Shown here piece by piece: positions 10,201 to 21,492 of a stretch of 64,000 bases of DNA. Source of the stretch: Selaginella moellendorffii (taxonomy: Eukaryota; Plantae; Lycopodiophyta); the NCBI RefSeq assembly GCF_000143415.4, contig NW_003314268.1, forward strand, positions 2,000,494 to 2,064,493, read 5' to 3'. The translations under genes were made by a program, and so were the position numbers. How positions within the stretch are numbered: position 1 is the first letter of the stretch; each line of letters starts with the position of its first letter. The notes under the pieces are model-generated. The model made no database searches and was not told the DNA's origin. It saw only the letters and a program-made list of their open reading frames with translations.

Positions 10201-12061
10201 AGAAGGAATTGTTTGCGGTGGTCAAGGCGCTCAAGGAGTGGCGACACTACCTTGGGAGACACTTCAAGGTTTACACGGACAATGTGGCAACGAAACACTT
10301 CTTGTCACAGCCCGACCTAAGAGGGAAACAAGGTCGGTGGGCCAATGCCTTGGCTGAGTTTGATTGCGAAATTCTGTACAAGCCTGGGAAGAGCAACATC
10401 GTGGCGGATGCGCTAAGTCGAAAAGCGAGCTTGAGGTTGGCAATATCCAGCGCAACAGCAACCTTCTGGGACGATGTGCGGACAGCATATGAGAACGATG
10501 GTCTAGCACAAGAAGTGTTGCTGAGGAATCTTGAGGCGCGGGAAGCTCACCAGAGAGGTGAGCTGCCAACGGAAGAGAAAACGGGCTATGCGGAACGCAA
10601 CGGACTCATTTATTACAAGCAAATGAGGGTGTATGTTCCAGAAGGGGAACTAAGGAAGGTGGCCTTAGAAGAGTGTCATGACGGACCTCTTGCGGGACAC
10701 GGTGGAGTGCCCAAGACGATGGGCTTACTCAAAAGGAAGTACCATTGGCCAGATATGGCTAAGGACGTCCAAGACTATGTAAAGACATGTCCAACATGTC
10801 AGCAGGTAAAAGCCGTGACTAAGGCTAGTGGGGGCTTGTTGCAAAGCATCCCAATTCCAGATCGCCCGTGGAAATGTCTTACGATGGACTTCATCACGGG
10901 ACTCCCCCCAAGCGAGGGGTTTGATGCGATATTCGTGGTGGTGGACCGATTTTCGAAAATGGCACACTTCATACCCACCACAACGGAGGTGGATGCAGAA
11001 GGTGTGGCAAAGCTGTTCTTCGAACAAGTGGTTCGAGTGCGGGGAAGACCGGAAGAGATCATCTCAGATCGAGATAAGATCTTCACCAGTAGGTTCTGGA
11101 GGACTCTCCTGGAACAGTATTGCACCAAGTTGAAATTCAGCATAGCCTACCACCCACAGACAGGTATGGGGTATTGAGTCAAGTTGTGGGAACTAACACT
11201 TCTTGACAGACGGACAAACGGAAAGGGTGAATAGGTAGCTGGAGGATTATTTGCGATGCTATGTCTCGGGAGACCAGACCGATTGGGTAAGTCATTTGGG
11301 ACTTGCGGAGATGTGTTATAACAACTCACCACATTCGAGTATCGGGGTGAGTCCATGGGAAATCATCAATGGGCGAGCTATTGAAGGTCCTGTGGAACTC
11401 GGCGTGGCCGAGTATCATGGAGAGTTGCCCGCAGTGGAGGCATTCACGGCGGAAAGACTCAGCATTTGGAACCTAGTGAGGGATTCCTTGGAACGGGCTC
11501 AACAAAGGCAAACCAAATACGCGAACCAGAAGCGTCGGGATGTAGAGTTCCAAGCTGGGGAGAAGGTGTGGCTGAACACCAAGAACCTCAAACTACCAAG
11601 TGGGATCAGCTGAAAGTTGACCCAAAGGTAAAGATGCATGTATTTCTGTAAATGAATTGATCTTGAGTTCCTTAAGCAGGTTCGCGGGGCCTTACGAGAT
11701 TGAGGCACGAATCGGTAAAGTGGCTTACCGACTCCGACTTCCTCGAGAGATGGGGAAGATGCACCCAGTGTTCCACGTGAACTTACTCAAGCCATACTTT
11801 GAGGATCCGCTTCGCAAGGACCAAGTGAGACCTTTACCTGAGGTTATCCAAGGGGAAGAGGGATACGAAGTCGAGGCCATCCTCAATGCGCGCAAGAGCA
11901 AGCGACAAGGACGCGAGGTGAGAGAGTTCCATGTGAAGTGGAGAGGATTTCCACACTGCGAAGCAACATGGGAACCGGAGGAGAACCTAGCGAACGCTCG
12001 AGATCTAGTGGAGGAATTTCTGCAAGGCAGAACTCTATGTACTTATGCAAAATTCAATTAA
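7291..12061 (+). pseudogene. Gag-Pol polyprotein (Gag, zinc knuckle, protease, RT, RNase H, integrase, chromodomain), disrupted in this copy
   Basis: Motifs: CYNCGEAGHFSREC; LIDMGASDNF; YIDDILI; ETDASDFALG..ADALSR; CHD..H..CPTCQ; MDF/SDRD/TER; GPY; FHVKWRGFPHCEATWEPEENL. In-frame stops at 7633, 9103, 11236 and 11611, a 1-nt frameshift near 9600, and two GT-AG introns (11164-11209, 11628-11679). Confidence 0.93.
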
Positions 12062-12451
12062 AAATATCAATTTGCAAAGTTGAGCAAGTGGCATATGTTG
12101 GGACCCGAAGGCGCGCCAAAGGTAAGCTAATTAGCATGGGTTGGATAGGTCGACCAGGCGTAGGGCACTATGCCCGACTCCCCGCGGGGATGTCGAATCC
12201 GTAGACATATTCTACGGAGGTTGGGTTCGAGTCCCAACCCCCTAGTAAAGCAAGGCTGGGTTCAAGTCCCGACCCCATACTAGGGCGTGGTGAGGTGAGG
12301 AGTATAGGGACACCTATATTCCGTTGTCATGGGCTCTTGGCCGGGGAGGCTAACTTAGGCACACCGCTAAGTGGGGGGATGCCCCCGGAGACATGGTCAA
12401 CAAGTCGTAAGATAAAACGAGACGTTTGATGTGGGCATCGAACTTCTTCTA

Positions 12452-12464
12452 TGGGTGGTGGAGT
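12452..12464 (+). promoter_or_regulatory. Polypurine-tract-like element
   Basis: G-rich TGGGTGGTGGAGT immediately before the 3' LTR. Confidence 0.65.
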
Positions 12465-13625
12465 TGTAAGGAACCGACTCCCCGAGATGTCGTAGGCTAA
12501 AGGATCCCCAAAAGCTTGACCGAAATGACAAAGAGTTCATCGGATGGGACCAAGTCGAGGATCAAGTCCAAGACCGACTCTAGGACCGAGTTCGAGATAG
12601 GGTCCGGAATCGAGTCCAAGACCGACTCGGGGACCGAGTTCGAGTCCGAGTTCGAGACCGAGTTCGAGACCGAGTTCAAGACGGAGTCCGAGATCCGAAA
12701 TCGGGTCTGAGACCGAGTCCGAGGTCGAGTCCGAGGTCGGATCCGAGATCGGGTCCGAGATCGAGTCCGAGATCGAGTCCGAAACCAAATCCGAAGTCGG
12801 ATCCGAAATCGGGTCCGAGATCGAGCCAGAGACTAAGTCCAAATACTAATACGGGTCAAGGGGTGAAAGCCCAAAGCGTGCGTCTCCCAGGGGGGGGGGG
12901 GGCTGCAGGGGGTTCCAAAAGTATAGTAGGGATAGTGAGGTCCAGGAACCAGTTTTGAAGGGACTCTCCAGTTGGGCTTCCAAACCGACTTGAGGTTGAG
13001 ACTGGGACCGAGGGGCCTTGGGTAGGAGTGAGCATGGACTTGGCTGGTGCCGGAGGGGCCATCCAAGGAAGTGCTCAAGAGCAGCTCCCACTCCCGAAAG
13101 GGAAACCGACTGCGGTGCTCCCGGCTCAGGTGGAGTGGTGCCCCACTTGAGTACCTTGTGGCTCATTGGTCCTCACCCTTTCGGGGGCTTGGGCCTTCCC
13201 TTCGGGATGGAAGAGGGGGGGTAGAGGTACCCATACTGGGCCGTTAGGCCACGGTGTTTCGCCCCGACGTCCCGAAGCAAGTGCTGCACCCAAGGCTTGG
13301 GATTTAGAGGGTCCCATGATCAAGTCTTGTAGTACCAAGGGGTGTTAGGAATCTGGAGGCTTGGTGTGCTTGGCTGCTTGTGCCTGCGGGGAGTGTAGCC
13401 AAACCTTAAGTCCAGTCTAACCCGGGGAGGGGGATTGGGAGAGATTTGGGAATCCGTAGATGGATGGCTAACACTCCGTTGCTCGTGCAGTAAGTAGCTA
13501 AAACCAAGTAGGAGCTAGTACATAGGCGAGAACCTTGGCGAGGGAACTTAGCACAAGCCAAGGCAGAGTTGGTTGGATAGGCGAGGTAAGCTGGCAAATT
13601 GGAAAGGAAAAATTTGTGGCTTACA
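12465..13625 (+). repeat. 3' LTR (1161 bp)
   Basis: Copy of the 5' LTR, followed by TSD TACTT. Confidence 0.96.
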
Positions 13626-13630
13626 TACTT

Positions 13631-16325
13631 GTCCATGTGATGAGAATACCAACTCATCTCTAAGTACACCCCCCAACTCCTTGGGTTGTTCCAACATTTA
13701 TTAAAGGTAGCCCCGGCTACCATTTCAAGGACTTGAGTCCTCTTCCGTATTTGACCTCCCACGGTCATTACTTCTGGTCTCACATTCATGAGCACCAACC
13801 TCAATTATATGAGGATAATCTTGTGACTCCTTTATTGCTTTGGAATCTTTATCTTTCCCGTGATCCCAACTATAATTGTTTATCACAACTACATTAGCCC
13901 GTTTGCTGCGTCAAACGCTCATTTGGATCACATCCTCAGCTCTCTGAGGAAACCTTATACTGTTCCCAAGATCCCAAAGTCGTTCCATTATTGGCCCTTT
14001 TCTATCCACCATATTGTGCCCAAGTTCACGCATGAACTTGAGTGGAGGGCCATGTCCTCTCGACATGCTACTCTTCAAGGATAAGGCCACTCCTAGGACC
14101 TTCCGATGCCAACATCAATGGTGATATACTTGAGCGCCAATAAAAGTCGGACTAAGGAACAGCTTTGATGCCAAATTGTAAGTGACTAATTTTTCCATTC
14201 TACTTTAGTCACTTAACCACACCTTTGACCACTTGGAGGAGTCTCATTCATAACATCCTGAAGTCCAATTCAGGACTTGGGACTTGCTAGCCCCGAGGAT
14301 GGCATGTATGCCACTCATCCCTTGCACTTAGTCCAAATGCTCCACATATTCGGTCCCAAGATCGACACCCAAAGGTACCACTGACATATTGGCCCGTTAC
14401 GCTAAGGCCATGCTCATTCACCTTTGCCGCACTAGTGGTCCAATACCACTTGCATCACAATCCCGTCTCTCCAAGACTGGGCCAACCATCCGTGAGTGGT
14501 CATCCAGATCCACTCCTTAGCATCCTTATGATGCTTACCGACAAGGGGAACAGCCTTCCCCAATATCCCTTTATCAGTCCCCACTAGGTCCCTTTTTGCC
14601 CTTGGCCGTGTTTGCCAACACTGCCACTGGATCGAGGCCCACAGGCCTGACCACTAAGTCCCATGGTCCTCTGGGACTTCCTCACCACATGACCGTATCC
14701 TTGGCCACCACACCAAAGGACTGCTCCTTTTCCTTTCCATAGTCTGGGACTTGGGGACAACACTTCAGAACACCATGGCTTTACGCGAGCCACCTAGGTA
14801 CTCTCCCCGCCTTCCGCATTTGGGTGCTCTAGCCATGGGCTTAGAGTGAGGTTCTATTGAGCCATGCTTGGTATCCAAGTAAGTAGTGCCACCCACACTT
14901 GGACTGGGAGCATCGGCCAGTCGATCTCCCGGGGGAACTAGAGCCGGCTCTTGAACACTTCACCAAGCTACCCCGTTTGTCGGTCCGTATTCACTCTAAT
15001 CTTGGACTTCCTAGTGGTCAGTTCATCACCCAACACTGGGTCTGGCCTTCCTGGGCCAAACTGGCCTTTCCTGGCCAAACTGGCTCCACTGCAGTCCTCC
15101 CCCTCACTATACTTTTAACCCCCCAGGGTCTGGGAGACGAATGCTTTGGGCTTTCACCCTCTCAGACTCGGACTCGGCCTCGGACTCGGACTCGGACTCG
15201 GACTCGGACTCGGGCTCGGTCTCGGCCTCTGCCTCGGTCTCGGTCTCGGTCCCGGTCTCGGTCTCGGTCTCGGTCCCGGTCTCAGTCTCGACCTCGGACT
15301 CCATCTCAGGTCCTTCTCGGACTCCATCTCGGATTCCATCTCAGGTCCATCTCGGACTCCATCTCGGACTCTGTCTCGGACTCCATCTCGGACTCCATCT
15401 CAGACTCCGTCTCGGTTCATCTCGGACTCCACTTCAGACTCCATCTCGGACTCCACTTCGGACTCCATCTCGGACTCCACTTCGGACTCCATCTCGGACT
15501 CCACCTCGGACTCCACCTCAGACTCCATCTTGGACTCCGTCTCGGTCCATCTCGGACTCCATCTCGGACTCCACCTCGGACTCCACCTCGGACTCCATCT
15601 CGGACTCCAACTCTAGTCCATCTCGGACACTTCCACGTGTCATGTGTTGGTCCTTTTGGGTCCCTTTTTGGAGTCTCACTTATTGCTTGCTTCGTGCTTG
15701 TTCCTCGAGCACTTTGTCTGGGAGACGAACGCTTTGGGCTTTCACCCTCTCAGACTCGGACTCGGCCTCGGACTCGGACTCGGACTCGGACTTGGGCTCG
15801 GTCTCGGCCTCCGCCTCAGTCTCGGTCTCGGTCCCGGTCTCGGTCTCGACCTCGGACTCCATCTCAGGTCCTTCTCGGACTCCATCTCGGATTCCATCTC
15901 GGGTCCATCTCAGACTCCATCTCGGACTCTGTCTCGGACTCCATCTCGAACTCCATCTCGGACTCCGTCTCGGTTCATCTCGGACTCCATCTCGGACTCC
16001 ACTTCGGACTCCATCTCGGACTCCACTTCGGACTCCATCTTGGACTCCACCTCAGACTCCATCTCGGACTCCGTCTCGGTCCATCTCGGACTCCATCTCA
16101 GACTCCACCTCAGACTCCACTTCAGACTCCATCTCGGACTCCAACTCTGGTCCATCTCAGACTCCATCTCGGACACTTCCACGTGTCATATGTTGGTCCT
16201 TTTGGGTCCCTTTTTAGAGTCTCACTTATTGCTTGCTTCGTGCTTGTTCCTCGAGCACTTTGTTGGGAGTTCCACTCCCGCTCTCGACCTTCCAAGTTGG
16301 AGCTTTTTAGTCCAAATGTGTTACG
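13631..16325 (-). mobile_element. Older related LTR element in the opposite orientation: LTR about 16325-14451, PBS-like TGGTATTGGACC at 14448-14437, decayed internal region
   Basis: Blocks match the reverse complement of the young LTR: GGGAGACG..GCTTTGGGCTTTCACCC at 15132 and 15720, and GGGAGCA..CAGTCG..GCTCTTGA.CACTTC near 14906-14961. It has the same hexamer-type arrays, and its ..TGCA end is followed by a PBS-like motif. Confidence 0.65.
15128..16262. repeat. Tandem duplication (about 588-bp unit) of (CTCGGA)n / (CTCGGACTCCAT)n arrays inside the older LTR
   Basis: Units start GTCTGGGAGACG at 15128 and 15716, and both end ..TTCCTCGAGCACTTTGT. Confidence 0.9.
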
Positions 16326-16420
16326 CTCATTTGGCTTTTGCTTCAGCCACTATCACGTGTCACCATTTCCAGCTCCACTTTGGGGCCTAGGGATTTTGTG
16401 TCTCACATTGGGCTAAAGGA

Positions 16421-16678
16421 ATAACTCTAAAGATTGATTCATAAAAGTTTAATATAAAAGGAAAAGGGCCTATAAATAAAATTGCACTCCTTTTTTAATC
16501 AGTTAAGAGTCTTAAAATACTTAGGGCTAATCATCTTTGGGTTTGGCTAAAATAATGACTCAAAAGATACATAAAAGTTCAAATATAAAAAAAAAATCAC
16601 CCATAAATAAAAGTGCACCCCTTTTTTTAATTAGTTAAAAGTTTTGAGATACTTAAGATTAATTATTCTTGGGTTTGA
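16421..16678. repeat. Diverged AT-rich tandem duplication (about 130-bp unit)
   Basis: CATAAAAGTT..ATAAATAAAA.TGCAC..CTTTTTT..AGTTAA..ATACTTA..TTGGGTTTG occurs twice. Confidence 0.7.
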
Positions 16679-16920
16679 ATAATATTACCTTCTGGAAAAT
16701 CCAAATTTTTGAGGTTACAGATAATTTGTAATGCCTTAACGTTTTAATTAAATGCATGACATTGTCTTAATGGAGGATATGAGGTCTTAAGTGTACAGTT
16801 AATATATTATATACTATTATTAGATGATTACCATCCACATCACCAAGAAACCTAAATTGCCAAAGCCACACTTAAAAGTACCTCAGACAGATTAAAACCG
16901 TACCGTACCACAGCGAGTTA

Positions 16921-19046
16921 TTAAGTTGTGTAATCAGCATTGATCTTCACATAGTCGTAACTCAAGTCGCAGCCCCACGCAGTGGACCGTCCTTTTCCGC
17001 CACCTGAAACACGGCACCACCTCCGTTGGTCACTCGTCACACAACAGCATCCAGACCGATTGAGATTGTGATGGCAACGACGCCGTGAACTTCTCCAGCC
17101 GCGAGTAAGTAGTCTTTGGCTGCTCCGCTGCATTGCGTCCCTCGGATCAGGTCTGGATAGATACATACAACGGATGACTCACCGGTCAAACTCCAAGGGC
17201 TGCCCCTTCTGCATCAGCACAAAAGTCCCGAGCCGGATTTCCAGCTCCTGAGGGTCGAAGTCAACGCCCGAGTAACCTGCTGCGCATGCTACACGCCCCC
17301 AATTCGGATCCCTTCCATAGACAGCAGCCTAGTTCACACCAACGCTCAAGTGAAAGATAAAAAGAGAAAGTAAAACGCAACCTTGACCAGGGACGATCGA
17401 GCAACTGAACGAGCGACAACAGCTGCAGCATCATCGGAGTGAGCGCCTATGACTTCCACCTACATCAAAGCAGACTGTGAGAAAGGTGCATGCAGCGGAG
17501 CTTACAAACCTCGACAAGACATGTAGCACCTTCCCCATCGGAAGCAATAGACATTGCCAGGCCTTGGAACACCTGTATAGCCATACAAGATACAATGAAT
17601 AGCTTGTCAACACGAACAAAAGGCAGTAACATGCTCACTGCATCCAGTGCGGCTTGGAGTTGCTGTGCATCACGGTCTTGCATATTGTCGAGCAGACGTC
17701 CACGAGAGGCACCGCTGGCTAGTGCTAGGACGGTATCGTTGGTGCTCGTGTCTCCATCCACCTGAGAGTATACGCTCCTTATCTCACTGTTGAAAAGAAT
17801 TGCATACCGTGATCTGGTTGAAGCTCCGGCCAACAGCAGTTTTGACCAGATCTTGCCACACATCCGATGCAACGTGAGCATCGCATGTTACAACCTGCGA
17901 ATAAACTCAAGATTCATTCTTGATAATCAAATAAGGATTACACTAAGCATCGTCGCCATGTTTGGATGGATCATCCCAGATCCTTTCGCCATGCCACCGA
18001 TCTTAACGGTCGTTCCTCCCACCTACAGGACTAGCTTTAGTAAGGCACTCATGCATCTGAAGCCTCACCTCAGTCTCGATGGCAACACTCTTGGTAACAA
18101 GATCGGTGGTGGTGATCGCAGTTGCAGCAGCATCACCACTTCCATGGTCCGATGAGAAGAAAAGAAAACAAAAGAGAAAACGTGCACACCTGTCAGCAGT
18201 GTAAGAAAGTGCTCCCACCAGCCGAGGAAGAGACGCTAATAGAGCATCCTAGAAATAATCGGTCAAATGATTATGAATTTCCAAAGCAGACCATGCGGCC
18301 TTACCTTCTTGATGCGTTTGCCAATTACACCGGTGGACTGGAGAAGAACACGTTCCGGTTGAGTGCCGAGGAGCTACAGAAACGAATAACTAAAGTCCCG
18401 CGCAGGAGCAAGCGTCGTCTACCTTTGCAACAGCAGTTGCGCAGTCGAGGGCGTCTTGGTAACCTGCATCACCCTGATCAAAGCCGTCAGTGACGCGTGC
18501 ATGCATGGAGAAACGTGCTCACAGTTGCAGCATTCGCTTGACCCGCATTGATAAGAACTGCACGCGCCTGGATACACACCAAAACTTTACCAGTAACAAA
18601 GCGGAGAATCGTGCCAACCTTGGTTGAGGCCGCCAGAATGCGCTTGCAGTACAAGACGGGCGCAGCAGCCACGACGTTTGTTGTGAAGGTTCCTGCGTGT
18701 GCCATGTAAGAAGAAGACACAAAGGGCAAGGAGGAAAAGAAGCGACCCACCGGCACAGACGGCGTCCACATCCGAGACAACCAGGGCGAGGTCTGGTTTG
18801 GTGCCAAGTGCTCTTAGTCCGCCATACAAGCCAGCAGCCCGAAAGCCGCAAGGTCCAGTGACACCGCCTGGAATCTAGAGACTCCCAAGTGCGAGTAAGC
18901 AAACAAGAATAACTTACCTGCGTCCAAGGGCCTCGGGGGAGCCGAATGTGAGCTGCAGGAAGCGCGATCGTCTCCCCGCTGGTAACAACCTCGTTGTGTA
19001 ACGACGACGCCTTGGCACCCATTGTCAGCATTGCTCCCCCCGCCAT
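16921..19046 (-). CDS. argJ: Ornithine acetyltransferase / glutamate N-acetyltransferase ArgJ, plastid, multi-exon
   Basis: Motifs [52 protein letters not shown] and DGEGATCL. C-terminus [19 protein letters not shown]. Confidence 0.96.
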
Positions 19047-19134
19047 TGCTGGCGCTCTGGAATCAGGACGGGGACAAGCACCCTAATCGACAACAGGTAG
19101 AACAAGTAAATTATGTAGCTTGAAAATTTCCTTG

Positions 19135-21304
19135 TTACAACATGCATGAAGGGGTGGTCCTTCGCGCGCGACTTCGGAGCTCCTCAAATGCTTGCATGGT
19201 CTTGTCGTCGAAACCACCGGCGAACTGTATGGGCAAGAAGATGATATGCTCAAATAAGAAGAAAGATGTACCTGGTGAACACGAAACGCAAAGCGTACTC
19301 CTTGCAGCAGTAGAAACTCCTCCACAAGCTCATCGCTGCCTGCGCCATCTAGCTCGAGTACCACTCGCTTCATAAACTTCTCCGCCAGCTTTACCGATGA
19401 CTCCTTCATCTGATCGAAACATTCATGGACTTGAGGTGCAGCAAAGCACTTTACCTTTCCAACGAGTCCACCATCCAGCATCCAGTTCGTAGGAATGCCA
19501 GACTCTTTGTAGCGAATAGCAGCTTTGTCTCGCGTACGTAGAAAACAATAGATGCTGTGCTCTGTCCTGCCAAGTCAGAGAGAGGGCTTACTTCAGACTC
19601 TTCCTCGCCTTGAAATGTACCTCTCCATCACGGTTTGCATTCGGTTTAAAGCGGGATCGCGTTTCATCCCGTAGTCATCCTCAAACGAAGCCAGCTCGAG
19701 CTCCAGCTTCCTCAAGTCTCGATACTGAAATGCAGATTCGCGCAGAGCATCCGCTTTCGCTTCTGGCCAGTTAAAGTGCTTGAGAACGGCACGCTCGTCC
19801 ACCTGCACAATGAAGCTTATAATAGCCAGCATGCATGGCTCCTGGCTAGCTAGCACGTACCAGCAAAGCGAGCTCTCCATCCAACCAGGTCACAAATGCA
19901 AGCACGTCCTCCATCTCAGTGTAGTCTGCGGCACGGACTTCCGCCGCCAGGGACACGACAAGCTCACGCTGGTTCTCTACGTCCGCTTTAATCTGTTCGC
20001 CATGATATAAGTTTCCCAGTAGTTAAATTACGTACCGCCAGCAGATGTGACGACCTGTTTTCGATTTCCCCGATAATGCTGCTCCGTGCTTCATCGACAC
20101 TGACTCGTGCTGCTGCGGTCGCAGTTGATGGTGCATCTTTCTTGACGTCACGCTTCGTCATTGCATGGTAGAGCTCAATCACCTGTGGTGCTCTCTGGAA
20201 CCGGAGCTTGTTATCACTTGAGCTTGCCAGAGGGGAAGACGACGACATAACAGCTGGACGAGGCGGTGGTAGTGGCGGTGGAGGAGGCGGAGGACGCGCT
20301 GAAAGACTTGCTGTTGCTGCCGCCGCCGCCGCCGACGATGAGGACGAGGACGCCTCAGGTGCACTGTCCACAGCCAGCTTGTGCCTGTCTTTGAAAGCTG
20401 GATACTTGTCTGCCACCATGGAGCGGGACATAATCTGCAAAGACTCTGCTATGCTGGTGCTGTTGTACGTATCGCGCCTATCGTCGGCTGGCGGCCTGGC
20501 AACATATCCGAAGGAGTTGTTTCTTTTCCTCGACCACGTCCGGCTCAGCTTCCTGATGAAGCTCGGCTTGTTGCCATTCTGTCGCTGTTCAAGCGCCGGG
20601 AAGCCACAGCTAGACTCTGATGACTTGGAGGTTGTGTCGCAATCGCCGTCGTCGTTGTTATCAGTGCGAGACGTAGCAAGCTCCGCCCCCGCATATTCGA
20701 GCACAAGTCGCTTGGCTCTCTGGCCAGAGTTTGGGCTCAAGACCTTGCTGAGCTGCATGGCCTGGCAGTTGACGGTGCTGTCCATCATGATATTGCGTAG
20801 CTCGTAGCGCAGGCAAGCATTGACCCAGCGCAGGTAGACCAGCTCCTCCACCTCGCTGAAGCGCTGGTTCTGCAGCCCCTCTACCTGCCTGCGCAACTCT
20901 TGGTTTGCTGGCCTCAGTAACGCTGCTTCCGCCTCCGCCATGTCCTTCTAAGGCAGCCAAAGCCATGACCGGTGTTAAGTACGTACATACATGTATACCT
21001 TGGCGAGGAGGGTGGAAATGTGGGCTTGGGCCGCCGCCAACTTGACGTTAAGGTCACGGTTTTGAAGCTGCAGCTCCTTGTTGGTCCGGCGTAGCTCTAG
21101 AGCGTCACCCTGTAGCCTCTTCACCTGCTGCAATATGGCTGTGTTGCAGTAGTCGGCGAGGAGGATCTTGGAGTAGTCCTCGTCATGGTTTGTGGTTTCT
21201 TTCAGGGGAAGGGTGACCCGTTCTTCACCACTGCCCTTGCAGCCGTGGCTCCGGCAGCGCCATTTATCGTTTTCTTGGTCTTCCAAGAAGTCCAAGATTT
21301 CCAT
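19135..21304 (-). CDS. CHUP1-like coiled-coil/proline-rich protein with no obvious N-terminal membrane anchor
   Basis: Motifs EVEELVYLRWVNACLRYELRN, poly-Pro, RAPQVIELYH, IIGEIENRSSHLLA, VDERAVLKHFNWPEAKADALRE and LLQGVRFAFRVHQ|FAGGFD. Stop TAA at 19137-19135. Confidence 0.9.
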
Positions 21305-21492
21305 CGCCTGCGAAAGCTACGCTAGACGAAGCAAAAAGAATGGCACTTACCACCAGTTGGAGGCTGCGCTGCTGCGGCTTGGCGTCGGGGTTCTTTTCCA
21401 ACTAGTAGGGCAAGGGGATGGGAAATTTGTTCTGGATGGTTTGACACATGGTTTGACGGGTTACAAAACTAAGATTTTCAAAAAGCAAAGCA

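Larger units (their letters stand above)
6072..13625 (+). mobile_element. Full-length Ty3/Gypsy chromodomain LTR retrotransposon (chromovirus), recently inserted, with disabling mutations and apparent spliceosomal introns
   Basis: TG..CA-bounded LTRs at 6072-7231 and 12465-13625. TSD TACTT at 6067-6071 and 13626-13630. PBS, PPT and gag-PR-RT-RH-IN-chromodomain order are all present. Confidence 0.97.

Noticed and set aside
12186-12274. Bona fide tRNA gene
   Set aside because: There is no D-arm/A-box or 7-bp acceptor stem. Kept only as a tRNA-like structure.
14584-14793. Possible Gag zinc knuckle (WCGGQGYGHVVRKS)
   Set aside because: The Cys pattern is incomplete and the segment lies within the inferred older LTR.
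14899-16416. Long ORFs (505, 358 and 248 aa) of RS/SD/LG repeats
   Set aside because: They are translations of stop-free 6/12-bp tandem arrays inside an LTR-derived region, with no protein-like complexity.
19020-19140. CHUP1-like CDS overlapping the argJ start
   Set aside because: Careful translation of the last exon ends at TAA 19137-19135, 88 bp before the argJ ATG.
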